Source: Eledone cirrhosa
Lineage: Eukaryota
Assembly: GCA_964016885.1 (NCBI GenBank)
Contig: OZ024742.1
Coordinates: 310,000,001-310,064,000, forward strand
Direction: 5' to 3'
Length of the DNA: 64,000 nucleotides
Shown: one piece after another, positions 27,619-43,500 of the stretch
Layout of the letters: every line of letters starts with the position of its first letter
Position numbering within the stretch: position 1 is the first letter of the stretch
Position numbers and translations under genes: made by a program
The notes under the pieces: model-generated
The model's database searches: none
Seen by the model: only the letters and a program-made list of their open reading frames with translations
What the model was told of the DNA's origin: nothing

Positions 27619-28758
27619 TATAATAATATATATTATTTCCTGATTTCAACGTTTTTGCATTTTAAGCTTTTTAAAAAAATATATTTCAATGTTGTAACAC
27701 AAACTTATTAATGTTAAATTTAGAGAACATCAACAAATGTGTTAAGCCGACGCAACCACCCACACACCGACACACAAACGTACACGCGCACCCACTCACA
27801 CAAACACACCCATCCATCCACTCACACACATACACACATATATATATGTAGATATATGCATATCTATCTAGCTATCTCTCTATATATGTTTATATATATA
27901 TATATAGTTGTATGTGCATAAATCTGTGTATGAAAAAGATAGAGATAGTTGAAGAGGGAGAGTGAGAGAGAGTGAGAGAGAGAGAGTGAGAGAGAGAGAC
28001 TGAGAGCGAGAGAGTGTCAGAGAGTGAGAGTGAATGAAAGAAAGAGAGAGAGAGAGAGAGATTGAGAGAGAGAGAGAGGCAAAATTTGATTACGTGGCAT
28101 CAACATCATTATAATCACTACAATCACTATTATCACTTTCTTTCATTTCATTTTATATTATTTAAGAGTCCCAGTAATACACTGAGGTCGATTTAATCGA
28201 CTTTCCCCTCCCCTTCAAATTACAGGCCTTGTGCCTAAAGTAGAAATAATAATTTAATAGACAAAATGACTGATTGTTCAATAAACAATAATGCAATTTC
28301 TATTCAGGCAATATATGAGTCGGGTGTTTCGTTGATCAAGCAACTGAACGTTCACTGTCGGACCTGACGGAGGACCCATCATGGTCAGAATTTTTGCGAC
28401 CATGAGACACGAGATGCAAGCTTTTCTTCTTAACAGATTTTGTTTATAGATCAGCTAGCCTATTACTAATACAAACAAACAAAACAACAACAACAACAAC
28501 ACACACAAACAAGCAATTTGCATAACATTTGGTAATGAACGACTATGCTTCAATGGTATACTCTAAATTTTAAGTCATGTCACTTGACGTATGAAACGCA
28601 TAAGAATAGCTTAATCAATGCGAACTATATTCTAGTTGAATCAAAATCAATATGCAACTGAGGCATAGATTGGATCAGAAGAGTTGTATAATCAATATAA
28701 TAATTTTCAATCCGCTTGTCATTGGCAAGGTATACTTGGAGATAGTTACTTTGCAAAC

Positions 28759-29085
28759 CAGAGGTTCTTAAACTTTTTGCGCCTGCCCCCCTCTCACGGC
28801 CACGTAATACACTCAGCGCCCCCTAGCCCCTATTTCCAGAAAGACCTGCCTACACGCAAATTGTAAAAAAATAATGTAATAAATAAAATTGTTAATTTAT
28901 ATATAATAAATAATATAGTATATATTATGTATAAATAAATATTATATATCTTTATTTTACTCTATTTATATATAATATGTATCATTTGATATTTAATATA
29001 CTATTATATCATCTCTACCATCCCAGCGCCCCTGGATCTTCTCAACGCCCTCAGGGGGCGGTAGCACCCACTTTGAGAACCTCTG
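28759..29085. mobile_element. hAT-type MITE
   Basis: TIRs CAGAGGTTCTTAAA / TTTGAGAACCTCTG; imperfect 8-bp TSD TTGCAAAC / ATGTAAAC. Confidence 0.75.
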
Positions 29086-29492
29086 ATGTAAACCATTATG
29101 GCTACAACATATATTTCTAGAAGAAAGTGTATTCCTTGTATTAATATAGCTAATGACATGTGGTAAGAAAGAAGGAATCTAGTGCTCTTAGTTAATAAGG
29201 AAAGTTGCCAGCCAAAGATCTAAACTGCAATCCTAAAGTTGTTTCATAAAGTGCGTGTGGATGTATTAGGCTTCCTATAACCGATGACAGTAGTTTCTCA
29301 TACATCTGATCGAAAGACACTAAACATCAGCAACAACATCATCATAATATATATTACATATATTTTTAATTTAGGTACAAGGCCAGCAATTTGTGTGTGT
29401 GTGTGTGGGGGGGGGGGGGGAGAAGAATGTTGATTATATCGACCCCAATACTTTACTGGCACTTTATTTTCTCCTCCCTTATATTAAATAAA

Positions 29493-29674
29493 TAATTGTT
29501 TCTACTTTAGGCACAAGGCCAGCAATAACCCAGTGCATTACTGGTACTTTATTTGATCGACCCCGTAAGGATGAAAGGCAAAGTCAACCTCGGTGGGATT
29601 TGAACTCAGATCGTAAAGGGACGTAACTATGCTGGAAAGCATGGCGTCCGACCCTCTACCGATACTGCCAATCC
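29493..29674 (-). mobile_element. SINE
   Basis: Family consensus. Confidence 0.85.
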
Positions 29675-29825
29675 AAAATAATGTAAGATAGTTAATATGA
29701 AACGTTGTGAGATATTTAATAAATGACTGGCAAGTATTTAAAAAGCCGGTACAATGTTGAAATACACTGGGTAAGAAAAATATGACTGTGTTTTGTTATA
29801 TTTATCATCCTTTGTCATTCATACA

Positions 29826-29925
29826 CAGAGTGTCCCCCAAAATGTATACACACTTCAACAATATTCTAATAAATATTGCCTGTACAGGTAATCAAAGTTT
29901 GTATATATTTTTGGGGGACACCCTG
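29826..29925. mobile_element. Tc1/mariner-like MITE
   Basis: TIRs CAGAGTGTCCCCCAAAA / TTTTGGGGGACACCCTG. Confidence 0.7.
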
Positions 29926-30489
29926 TATTTCTGCCACATTGTACAGGCTTTCTGAAAGTCTTATCAAACATTTATTAAATAAATAAATATATAAACATAA
30001 TATAATATAATAGTTAGTATTAGTTTCCGACACCTACACACTGACTGAATTTAGGTCGGAGCTGATGCTACCCGTGACAGTCAAAATACAGGTTGAAGTG
30101 ACTTTTGCTTTCTTCGTAAACTTCTCAAGTTATTTTAGCGAGAAGTACATATCACACACATGACCGTCAAATAATGACCTAATAACCTGTCATAAAAAGT
30201 TGTGTTGCAATTCACAATAAGCTGTACTGGTAACACAGAACTCTTCTTCATCTTGTGTTTTGGCAGTAAGTCATCTTAGGCAAACCCAAACGAATGTTTA
30301 TGAAGCTCTAACATTCGAAACAGTTGATCTCAGTACTCTAAACAAATGTAACATTTATCAGATTTTCAGTTGTGTCACTGATGTAATTGGTGAAATGTAT
30401 CATATTTATCTACCTATATGAAAACATAAGTGAAATTGAACCATTAAGATTAAAGTAACTAACCTGTCGGTGAAGACATTATAATATTT

Positions 30490-30700
30490 GATTGGCAGTA
30501 TCGGTGGAGCGTCGGACAACACGCTTTAAGGCATAGAGTTACGCCTCTTTATGATCTGAGTTCAAATCCTGCTGAGGTTAACTTTGCCTTTCAACCTCAT
30601 GGGATCGATAAAATAAAGTACCAGTAATGCACTGGAGTCAATATAATCAACTTTCTCTTCCCCAGAATTGTTGGCCCTGTGTTTAAATCAGAAACCAATA
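30490..30700 (+). mobile_element. SINE
   Basis: Family consensus. Confidence 0.8.
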
Positions 30701-31134
30701 TTAATGGTGAGAATAAGAACATCCGATAATGAAGCTGGGAGTTTAATACCTAGTTGATTTAGCCATCTGCCATTTTCCAGCTGAAAAGATGACTACGTAT
30801 TAACCATGTATTAAACACATGCTAAGAAAACTAGAAGAACTCTGCAGTTATTCAACACACGCAGTATGGTGTATATGCATTATATGGTATATAACTGTCG
30901 TCTGAAGAATGAGGTAGTTATTGATCTCTACGTCAGAACTACGTACGTCATATGCCAGAGGATTCACTTATGATTATATTTTTCGGTTATTTTCTAACGA
31001 ATCTTAGCCCTCTTTCTTTTGGATACCTACCCGGCCGTAACCTTTTAATTTTTTAACTTTCTTCCTAATTAATTTTCGTGAACTAAATTTAAGAAAAATT
31101 GATTTCGATTTAGCAAGAAAAAAATTGTCAGAGT

Positions 31135-31290
31135 TAAGAGTTTGGATTTAATATTAGGTTTATGGTTTGGGTTAATTTATGATTTAGAGTTAGGAATTAA
31201 GCTTTAGGGTTTAGATTTCAGATTTTAGGGTTAGGGCTTAGGGGTTAAGATTTAGCGTTAGGTTTAGGGCTAAAGAAATAGGTTTAATTG
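31135..31290 (+). repeat. Degenerate TTAGGG-like repeats
   Basis: TTAGGG, TTTAGG and TTAGGGG variants. Confidence 0.55.
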
Positions 31291-31380
31291 AAAAAGTTGA
31301 ATTGGCGAACAATTTCTCGTCACTGCTTTTAACGCAAACTCATATTCTTTGAAGTTGAAAACAGAAGAAATTTTCTAAAA

Positions 31381-31423
<43 letters not shown>

Positions 31424-31759
31424 ATATAAAATAAAAATAAACGTTTAGCGCCAGAGATGCTGATTGCATCATTTCACCCTACATTGTATAGACATTTTAT
31501 ATCGATATACATTTTCTATGTTTTATATACATTAAAATATACTGACTGGATTGTTACGGATGGGATGTTTTGTGCCATTTTCTTTCATAGAGGATTATTT
31601 AAACGAAAGAAATGTTTTAAGGAGTGAAAAAGAATTGTGCATTTCCGTTACAAAAAACATTAACCTAGTGAATGAAATAATAAATTTATATTGAATTACC
31701 ACAGTTCTTATTTTACTCACATGGCCACCAACCGAGTTCTTTAATTTTCGAAACCCTCC

Positions 31760-32250
31760 AGCTATGTCTCTAGTTATTATTAACCCAGTAACTAGAAACA
31801 TGACTTGTCTAAGATCAATTAACCCTGTACTTAGACCAGCAATGTCTCTAGATACTACTCTAATTACTATTAACACTGTACTTAGACCAGCTATGTCTCT
31901 AGTTAGTATTAAAACTGTACTTAGACTAGCTATGTCTCTAGTTACTATTAACACTGTACTTAGACCAGTCACGTCTCTAGTTACTATTAACACTGTAGTT
32001 AGACCAGTCATGTCTCTAGTTACTATTAACACTGTACTTAGACCAGTCACGTCTCTAGTTACTATTAACACTGTAGTTAGACCAGTCATGTCTCTAGTTA
32101 CTATTAACACTGTACTTAGACCAGCTATATCTCTAGTTACTATTAACACCACTTAGACCAGCTATACCTCTAGTTACTATTAACACTGTACTTAGACCAG
32201 TTATGTCTCTAGATACTATTAATCCTGTACTTAGACCATCCATCTCTCTA
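31760..32250. repeat. 39-bp minisatellite (~12 units)
   Basis: Unit CTTAGACCAGCTATGTCTCTAGTTACTATTAACACTGTA. Confidence 0.92.
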
Positions 32251-32518
32251 GATGGTATTATATCTTTTGTTTATTTTATTTTTTTTTGTCGTTCTTTTCG
32301 CTATCGACTCTGTTTTTTTGTTGTTGTTTTCTTCTCGGATAACTATTCCTCTTAGTTATTAGCGCACTGTGGTGAGATGTACTGCCTTTAATGCGTCGAA
32401 ACATCAGCGACCTACAACAGACAGCCGATGAGCGAAAATCGTCCTTATGTTTGTGTTTCTTATACGTTTTCTAAATAATATTCATTAGTAAACCACACAG
32501 CGCCTTTGTCACTTTTAA

Positions 32519-32596
<78 letters not shown>

Positions 32597-32697
32597 AAAA
32601 TAACAGATTAAAGTTCAAGCAAAGAATCGCTGCTTTCACCCTTATATTTATCCTTATCGAGCCCTCTTTGGATTTTAGACTTCAAATTTATTATTAT

Positions 32698-33597
<900 letters not shown>

Positions 33598-33827
33598 GAA
33601 GAGAGAGAGAGTTATGACAGAAGAGACGTTAAAGACTTTATATGAAGGGGCTATTAACAGAACAGTTATTGGTGCAGGTGAAGAAATTAATAAAGTAGAC
33701 ACACCCACAATGAATGGCTTATCTTATGACCAATTTGTCACTTCCTTCTTTATAATGGTAGCAGCTACGACCATAGTGGCCTCTTCAACATTAACTTCAT
33801 ACAAAACTCCTCTCTCTCTCTCTCTCT

Positions 33828-33889
<62 letters not shown>

Positions 33890-34361
33890 TTATATATACA
33901 CATATAAATGCATGCAAGCATACATACATATATACATACATACAGGCGGATATAAACAAACACGTACAAACCATAATGTTATATAAGTTCTGGTTATATT
34001 ATTTTTTTAATTTCTCACCAACAGATATATAGTATATATATATATCATTACAAAATAGTGAATGACATATATGCATGCATATATATCTAATTTTTTTTAT
34101 CAGGTGTCTATATTTTGAATTGTTGTTAAATTTTAATATTCTATACAGATTATCTCTGGAATTGACACATCAACTAGGTAGTTATTTGCCTATCTCTGTG
34201 TCTGTGTGACGGGTGGCATTTGATAACAAGTCTTAGTGTTAACCTTCAGCTTCTTGCAAAACTGATATCAACCGGAATACGAAAAATATACTCGAAAATA
34301 CACTCCTAACACTCGTGGTGCAATAGCCATCTCAATATTAAAAAAATATGAATGTCTAGAC

Positions 34362-34787
34362 CAATATTTCTCCACTGGTGTTCCCCGGAATTCTAGGGTC
34401 CCGCAAGTGATCGTTAGGGGTTCCGCGAGAAACAGTGATATATAAGCTAATACATTTTTCAGTAATAATGGTATATACTAATTTTTATGCTGGGTTCGAT
34501 TCCTAGGCTGGGTTGCGTGGTGTGTTCTTGAGCAAAACACTTCATTTCACATTGCTCCAGTATACTAAGCTGAAAATGAGTACCAGCAATAGCTGTGGGT
34601 TTAACCCTACGATGGACTAGTGTCCTGTCCAGGGGGAGTCTTGTACTCTTAGTCGCTTCACGCCAGGATAAGCATTGGCCTTACGAGCCGTCTGGCTTAA
34701 GACAGACTTTAAACTTAGATTTAGATTCTCTGAGACATGAAGACTATTTCAAGGGTTCCCCAAAGATAAAAAGGCTAAGAAACGCTG
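34362..34787. mobile_element. hAT-type MITE with a nested SINE (~34490-34710)
   Basis: Perfect 8-bp TSD GTCTAGAC (34354-34361, 34788-34795); GGGTTCC subterminal motifs; nested GTGTGTTCTTGAGCAAAACACTT SINE segment. Confidence 0.8.
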
Positions 34788-35026
34788 GTCTAGACACTAA
34801 AATATATAAAAGCATTCCCTTCTTTCGACTGTCCCTCTTTTTGACTTCCTAATTAATCGTCTTTCTTATCTTTTCTCTCCCCATCTTCTGTTTTTTTTTT
34901 CTTGCATATGGGTTTTAATATGGCGGCTCTACCTGCTATAAATAGCAGCCACGTCTATGGCACTCCATACTATCTTAAAACAGAAAAGAGTCTCAGAGAA
35001 CCGTCATGGTTGTGCCGATGTAGGGA

Positions 35027-35540
35027 AGAACAAGAACAAGAATAATAACAACACATATAACAACAACAATACCAAATACACTACCACTGACATCACTACC
35101 CCCACCCAAAAACAACAAAAACAACAACAAAAAACACAAGAACAAAACAAAAACAAACAACAGCAACAATACAAACGCCACCACCACCACTACCAAGACC
35201 ACCACTACCACCACCAACAACACCACCTTCACCCCACCAGCAACAACAACACCACCAACCTCAACATCACTACCACCACCACCACCACGAACAACAAAAA
35301 CAATAAAAAACACACCACCATCACCACCACCCCCACCAACAACAACAACACCATCACCACCAACACCAACATCACCACCACCACCATCACCACAACCAAC
35401 ACCACTTCCACTACTACCACCATCAACATCACCACAACCAACAACAACACCACCAACACCAACATCACCACCACCACCAACAACAACAACACCACCACCA
35501 CTACCACCACCACCACCACCATCAACAACACCACAACAAA
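35027..35540. repeat. Degenerate (CAA/CAC)n low-complexity tract
   Basis: Direct reading. Confidence 0.9.
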
Positions 35541-35926
35541 AAGAGTTCCTCAAATTCTAATTATTTTCCTTTTTATATTTATTAAATGGCCGAAAATACT
35601 CATCATAAAAACTACCAATTTTCGAAATTATTCTTTAATTCCGCAATTTCCAGTCTTTTACACTGTCATGTCAACAGGTTCTGCAACCAGGGTCCAATTT
35701 CAGAGAAATTCATTTATCAAGACATGTTTTTATTTCTTCTCTCCCCCCATTTTTTTTTATTGTAGGATACTTTGTAATCCATTAAATTATTGTGGAGTTT
35801 ATATTTGTATAATTGTTAGCATTTTTGATATGTCATATGTCTATATCTATATACATTCATATACATGTATACATATACACATACGTATGCATGCATACAT
35901 ATATATCATACACATACATATACACA

Positions 35927-35994
<68 letters not shown>

Positions 35995-36244
35995 AATGTA
36001 TACATTTATCTATAAATATTTATATATATATATAAACGTATGCATATATATATATATGTATGTATATATATATATGTATGTATATATATATGTATATATA
36101 AACACACACACACATATATATATATGTATGTATGTATGTATAAGAGCCATCTGTTTATTTGTCTATTTATACTGGTACATATTGCAAAGTATTAAATTGT
36201 AATGATTTATTTACTTAAATTATTTCATTTGTTTTTCACGCACG

Positions 36245-36395
<151 letters not shown>

Positions 36396-36756
36396 ACAAA
36401 CCCACATACACACCCACACCCACACACACGCACACACATATAGACACACACACACACACATATAGACACAGAGAGAGAGAGAGAGACAGATACAGACACA
36501 GACATTATGTGTGTATACATCTATGTAGTTATATATATGTCTATCTATATACATATATACGCAGCCTTACGCATATATATGCACGTATGTAAGTATATAT
36601 ATATACACATATACATATATATATATATTTACACACACACACGCACACACGCACACACACACACATATATATTTATATATATATATATATATATATAAAT
36701 ATATAAGGCTGTATATATACATATATATATATACAGCCTTACGCCTATATATGTAA

Positions 36757-36798
<42 letters not shown>

Positions 36799-38559
36799 GT
36801 GGATGGATGTTTATATGTTTGTATCCATATATGTATGTGTGTGTTTAAATATGTGTATGTAAAGTTTTAAAAATCAACTTTAAACTATGTGTATGGCCAC
36901 CACCCGTCGGTCACCTTAAACATCCGACGCCATGTTTTGATTTCACTTTTGTTTTGACATTTGCAAGTTACTTCGTAAGAAGGGAGCGGCAATAAAAAAG
37001 GAAGAAATAAAACTGTCTATAAATCTATTTATATACCAGATTGTTTTTGTTTTTTTCCTTCAAGGCTTTATATTTTCACTGCCTCGTCAGCATACAGACA
37101 AGATATTTAAAGAGAATACATTATTGTTTTTTTTTTGTTTATTTCTATTCTCCGCGTTCTTCGAATTATAAACGCTTGAAATTTCAGTTATATATTTTCT
37201 CTACCACAGTCACTCGTCACATCATACAGTGTATAGTACCAATTTTTATTTATGCATCACACGACCTGTATAGACTCTTCCTATACACATCATACGATGC
37301 AGACCTGCCAACCTCTAAAAACCCAAACGGGGGGGGGGGGGGGGTACCTTGAAAAAAGTGTCCTAAACGGGGAGAAATGAGGCAACATGGGTAGATTTTA
37401 CATAATGAAAGCTATATCCATGTTCACAATAGAAAACATCTCTCACCCACTCCACAGTGGATGGGGGATCACACCGTCGGACGGGGAGAGTTGACAGGTC
37501 TGTATGATGTCTATAATATATATATCTTTCTACACAGATCCTGTGGACGCAGTATGGCAAAATAACTAAGGAGTTCGCTTCACAATCATTAGGGCCCGGG
37601 CTCGTTACGACTGCATGACATCTTAATATATCATAGTATCGAGTCGACACATGCTTTATGAGTGAAACTAGGTAGAAGGAAACTGTTTGGAATCCCTTCG
37701 GATGAATTGTACATATAATTCAAAAGGCCAGCCTTGTCACATGGTAAATCAAGCTGAATCTCTATGTGTATTACGTTAAGAGTACACGTGTCTATGGAAA
37801 GTTCAGCTATTTACCCGTGAACTTCATGAGCAGGCTGTTTTGTTGATCGAACAGTTGGAAGATTTGTCGTCGTAACCGACGGAGGTCCATTGTATACAGG
37901 GCATATGGTCCTTATAGATATGCAAAGATCCAGGTCACGCGTGAAATGTCTATCTATTTCATATTACTCATTAATTATTTTCGTAATATGTTTTAAAATA
38001 CATGTGACATGTTACGGTTATATACGTGGGTGGATATAATAGATAAACCCCTCCATACGGTACACCAGCATGATCACAGTCTAATGAAACCAGTGAAAAA
38101 ACAAAAGAATAACTGAATCTTAAGGACAGTAGTTTCCTTCCCTCCTCCCAAAAATCATAGGCCTAGCGATATCTATGTTATCTACCTCTCCTTACACATC
38201 AAAGGATAGTTGTAGTATCTATTTTATATACACGTCATGCACTATGTTGCACCTGTATTTTAGTACACACCTATTCGGTGTGTGTGTTTTATCTGTCTGT
38301 CATTACATATCTTACAATGGAAATACGTAAGTCATCGAAGGTAGAATACTGCTCGTAATATTTGCAAGTGCTTCCTAGTCTGGTTGTTGAGCTTTTCGTG
38401 ACTCAAGCCCAACCTGAATATTTTCAGGTTGAATTGAATGGAAGGGATAACTGGGGAAGGGGTAGATTGTGATGGTTACTCCGGTGGTAGTTCTACTAGG
38501 AGTGTTGCTATTTGTATATGACATAATCATGGATGCATCATGACTGAATAGTTAACGAG

Positions 38560-39010
38560 TTCATCTCGCCTTCATTAGATTCCAGGCTGGATCCCACTGC
38601 ATGAAATCTTGGGCAAGTGTCATATACCCTATTTTCGTGTCTATCCATGCTTTGTGAATGAAATTAAGTAGACTGAAATCGTTTGGAAGCCCGTCAGATG
38701 GTTTAATGGTTAGGATGTTGGGCTTGCAATTAGGAGGTTGTGAATTCGATTTTCGGACTAGGTGATGTGTTGTGTCCTTCAGCGAGACACTTTATTTTAC
38801 ATTACTCCACTGGTCAACGTCACTGGTGTTAAGTTGTATCAGCCCTTGCTTTTCCCTTGAACAAGAAAGGTGGCGTGGAGAGGGGAAACTAGTATGCATG
38901 GGCCACTGTTAGTCTTCCTCAAACAACCTTGCCCGGACTGTGCCTCGGTGGGGAACTTTCTAGGTGCAAATCCCATGGTTATTCATGACCGAAGGGGGTC
39001 TTTACCTTAT
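38560..39010 (+). mobile_element. Second SINE family (tRNA head plus GTTGTGTCCTT.AGC CORE-like segment); related copies at ~37530-37890 and 62665-62960
   Basis: TGGTTTAATGGTTAGG..GAATTCGATT head and CORE-like body. Confidence 0.6.
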
Positions 39011-39084
39011 ACATATATGTATATATATATATTATTTCTGTTTACCTTTTGCAAACACACACATATAAACACACACATTCACAC

Positions 39085-39213
<129 letters not shown>

Positions 39214-39469
39214 TACACACACACAAACACACATACACACATATATATGTCAGTATATGTATGTGAGCTATTATGTCAGTTGATGTGTGATTGCCGCTGG
39301 TGCAATATATGTTGATTGTTGTATTTTTATTCACTTTTATTGTTGTTGTTGAAGTTATTGTTCTCAACATGAAAAGAAACACCCCACTGTAATTTCTTTT
39401 GATTTTAGTCGAAATGATATATATATATATATTTTTACAAATTTAGGCTAATTCAAGGAGTGCACTCAT

Positions 39470-39996
39470 ATGAATTGAGTTCCACGAAGCAGGTGGAGAA
39501 GTTCAAGTTTCTCGGGCTGTATTCACGATTGTTTGAAAACAGGAGGCATAATTAGGTGCAATAATTGCAATACAATCACGAATACAAGTGTCCGAAATGG
39601 GGATCTTTGGAGTAACGTTACTAGATAGAGTGCATAGTTCGGGAACCATGGAGTCGCTCCAGATAGAGTCACTACTTCTTCGAATTGAGATACCACAGCT
39701 CCGGTACTACGGGCATGTGGTTAGAATGTCTAAGGAAAAATTTGCCGGACAGATTTTAGGGGAAAAACCAACCAGCAGGAGGCTCGGTGGTAGACCCTGA
39801 GCAAGATAGTTGGTTAACACTCATGAGCTCGGCTTGTCTCGATTGGTGATCCAGCCGGATAAAGTGGAGACGATTGCTTCTGATAGGATCCTCTGGAAGG
39901 CGTATTTGAGGTCTCTGTCCTCACAACTCTGCCAAGAAGAAGAAGAAGAAGAAGAAGAAGAAGAAGAAGAAGAAGAAGAAGAAGAAGAAGAAGAAA

Positions 39997-39997
<1 letters not shown>
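39470..39997 (+). pseudogene. 3' end of an RTE-clade LINE with (GAA)n tail
   Basis: QVEKFKFLG; IESLLLRIE..QLRYYGHVVRM..GRP. Confidence 0.75.
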
Positions 39998-40034
<37 letters not shown>

Positions 40035-40042
40035 AGAAGAAG

Positions 40043-40073
<31 letters not shown>

Positions 40074-40559
40074 TGCTGTTATTTCCCACCCTTCCCGATT
40101 TGTTGTTGTAGCTATTGTTGTCTTTTATAATAGTGTAGTTATTGTTTTTAATTGTCATCTATGTGGTTGTTGTTTTAGTTACTATTATTGTAATTTATGT
40201 CGTTGTAGAGCCGCTCTACTTGTATTTCTCCTTGAAAAACATTTTCTTACCAAATTTAGTCCAGTGTAATTAAGTTTCTGTTTGGATTTCGACAAATAGT
40301 AAATGTTTTTCAACCATTTTTATAGACTAACATTATATATAGATGGTTATTTTTATATGAACATTGATTGTAGTCGTGGTATCAAGTGATTTCACTTTAT
40401 TTTTTTAATATGTTTTCGTAAGTTTATTTTTATTTTCATCTTCCTGACCTAGTGATGGAGATGAGAGCTTATTTTTGGTATGTGTAATTTTATGGTGGGA
40501 CTGATTAAGGAAATATCCTTAAAGATAGAAAAGTTTGTAAGCAGATAGTAATCTTTCTC

Positions 40560-43500
40560 TCCCTCTCTAGGTGGAGCCTTCAGGCTAGTGGCCGCATATG
40601 CCCCATCCGGAACACCGCGGCCAGACATCTTCAAACGTCTAGAGACTTTTCTGGGAACGTCCCGCTCCCTGCTGTCAGTGGAGGACTGGAATGGAATCCT
40701 AGATGCACGTTGGGACTATGTGGGAGCATGTCCCGATAGAGGGGTGTGTAACAGCCTCAAACAGTTAATCGGCCGATTTCAACTGGCCGATAGATATCGA
40801 CTAGATTTTCCAATTGTGCCACTGTGGACGTGGACCAACCATAGCGGAACATCTAGATCGTAACTAGATAGGTTTCTAGTTAGAGTTAGTGATAGGGACA
40901 TGTTAAGCTGTCCATAAATGTTCATGGTTGCCTATTCAGATCACTGCTTAGTCAAACTTGATAGAACCCATAGACAGGGACCCGGTTACTGGAAGCTGAA
41001 CTTGTCGTTACCAACATGCAAAACCTACAGTAGACGGATTAGCACTTTAGTTAATCAGCACTTGACGGAGGCCATTGTGAACAACAGATGGTGGTACTCT
41101 CTCAAGAGGGCAGTCAGATTAGACTCGATAGGTTTTAGTAAAGAATTAGTGTTAGATAGAAATAAGACCGAAAAGGAACTGGTAGATAAAGTAGAAGAGG
41201 CACTTAGGAGTGGCAACGTAGCCAGCGTGCTAGCGACGAGGACGGCCTTGGACCAGTTCGTCGACGCAAAGCACGAAGGCTGCGTTGTCAGGAGCAAAAT
41301 ACGTCCTCTGGGAAACGAGGGAGCCAAAGCTGTTAGCTGGGCTCGAGTGACAGGCGAAAAGTGGCAACAAGTCCACGATTCGGTCTTTGAAGGACCAAGA
41401 CGGACACGTGATACGTGAACCGAAGCAGATGTGCGTGACCTTTCAGCGGCACTTTGCTCAATTGTTTGGGCAGGGCAGAGCGCCGAGAGGGGCTATGGAT
41501 TTCAGTCCATACCTCGGCGGCCTGCCGCGACTCTCGGACAGCGAGGCGAAGTTCTGCGAAAAGCCTATTTCGGCCGCCGAAATAGGGGACGCACTGAGCC
41601 AATGCGGCAAATGCAAATCTCCAGGTTTCGACGGTCTACCCTACGAATTTCACGTAGCAATGCCGGACTTGTTCTCCGGCCTCCTGGAATCGGTCTACTG
41701 CAACTGGCAGCAGAAAGGGAGAATTCCCAGTTCTGTGATCAAGGGCGTAGTCACATTAGTCAGGAAGGACGAGAATAAGGGGGATGACATAGGCAACTTC
41801 CGGCCCATAACTCTGCTAAACACAGAGTTACAGATTTTGGCCAAGGTGTTGCCAAAGAGGCTGGCGCTTGTCGTCGAAAATCTGGTGGAGAGGCGCAGCC
41901 ATGCGCAATCCCGACCAGGTCCATACACGACAACCTCCACCTCATGCGATACATGACAGAGAGGGTGGGTGTAAACCCGGCTTCGGTAGGGCCCTGATCA
42001 ACTTGGATCAGTCTAAGGCTTTCGATAGGGTTGACCATCGTTACCTGGATGCGGTGCTCGAGGTGGCAGGCTTCGGACCCGTTTTCAGGTGGTGGATTGC
42101 TGCAATGCACAGCAACAACATCTGCTCAAGGATCAAGGTGAACGGCTACCTCTCGACAGGGATGCCCTCTCTCCTCCCTTCTGTACGTACTGACTCTTGA
42201 GCCACTACTGCGGAAGCTGGAGCTATTGCAGGGCATCCATTTGGAACCGGGACTGCGAAAAGCGGCGTCGGCCTAAGTCGACGACGTTACAGTAATGGTG
42301 TCGAGCACCTCGCAAATCGGGGAGGTAGGCACCTTACTGAAGGAATACGAAAGGTTCACAGGAGCGAAGCTGAACCGGGGCAAATCCGTCGGTTTGCAAC
42401 TCGGAACGTAGAGAGGCAAACTGATGCCTTCCTATGGCGTCGTCGGACGCTGGACGGAAGGACCGGTAAAGCTGCTCGAGGTCTGGTCTAGTCCGGACCT
42501 CCAGGTGGAGAAGAACTGGAACGAGGTGACGGTCAAGGTGTTTGCGCTCACCCAGAAGTGGGCCGAGTGCAAACTATCCTTGAAAGATTGAGCGGAGGTG
42601 GCGAACACTTTTATAGCGTCCGTCATCTACTACCGCTTGACCGTCGTGCCTTGTCCAGCAAAAACGCTCACCAAAATGGAACGCGCGCTCTTCCAATTCC
42701 TTTGGAAGAAACGGGCTCCTTTGGTGAGAAGATCCATCTGCTGCCAACACCCTTCAAAAGGAGGGCTGGGGATGCCGTGGCTGACGATGCGCAAACACGC
42801 GCTCAGGCTGCGGCACCTCCACGTATTCCTCACCGGACAACCGGTGTGGGCCCCGTTCGTGAGGCGAGCCTTCCCACGAATCGTCTCGCTGACCGAGCTG
42901 CAATCCTGTGTCAAGCAAAGACTGAGGAAAATGGGCGACTGGCACATCGAATGTGCTCAGGCGCTCACAGTCCTCTGGCAAACGGACCCGGCGATCAGTG
43001 GAGACTCCACTTCGTCATTCTATAGAGGGTTAGTCCGCAGCAAGTGCGGCGATACGCTCGGAGAAACTCTAGGCCTAGAGGAGGACGAACTGACCAGTCT
43101 GTTTGGTAGGACCTTCCGCCCGGGACCGATGGGCAACTTCCAAAAGTCCCTGGCCTGGCAGTACTACCGAGGAGCTCTACCAGTTCGAGGCAAGCTCTAC
43201 AGACACGGGCGTCCGAGCAGGGACCCTTCGAAAAAGATCTGTCCGAGATGCGTGCGCGATGAGGAAACCGTCGCGCACTCATTTGTACACTGCCCGGGTG
43301 TTACCGACCTGTGGGGCTATGTAGAACGACTTTTGTCGCGGGTGGGACCAATCTAGTTGACCACCGAGTTCATTGTCATGATCAAACCGCCACCCCCTTC
43401 AAAAACGAAGGAGAGGCGGTTTTCCTATGTGTTATGGCTATGGTGAAAGAGGTTATATGGTGGAGGAGTTTAAAAGGGTTGAGGTCAGACACCTTTCACT

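Noticed and set aside
30050-30430. Non-repetitive stretch with a splice-acceptor-like site on the minus strand
   Set aside because: No convincing ORF or recognisable homology
33614-33907. 97-aa ORF with a hydrophobic stretch
   Set aside because: No recognisable family, runs into microsatellite, no splice support
34957-36015. 352-aa Thr/Asn/His-rich ORF
   Set aside because: Degenerate trinucleotide repeat plus TA microsatellite
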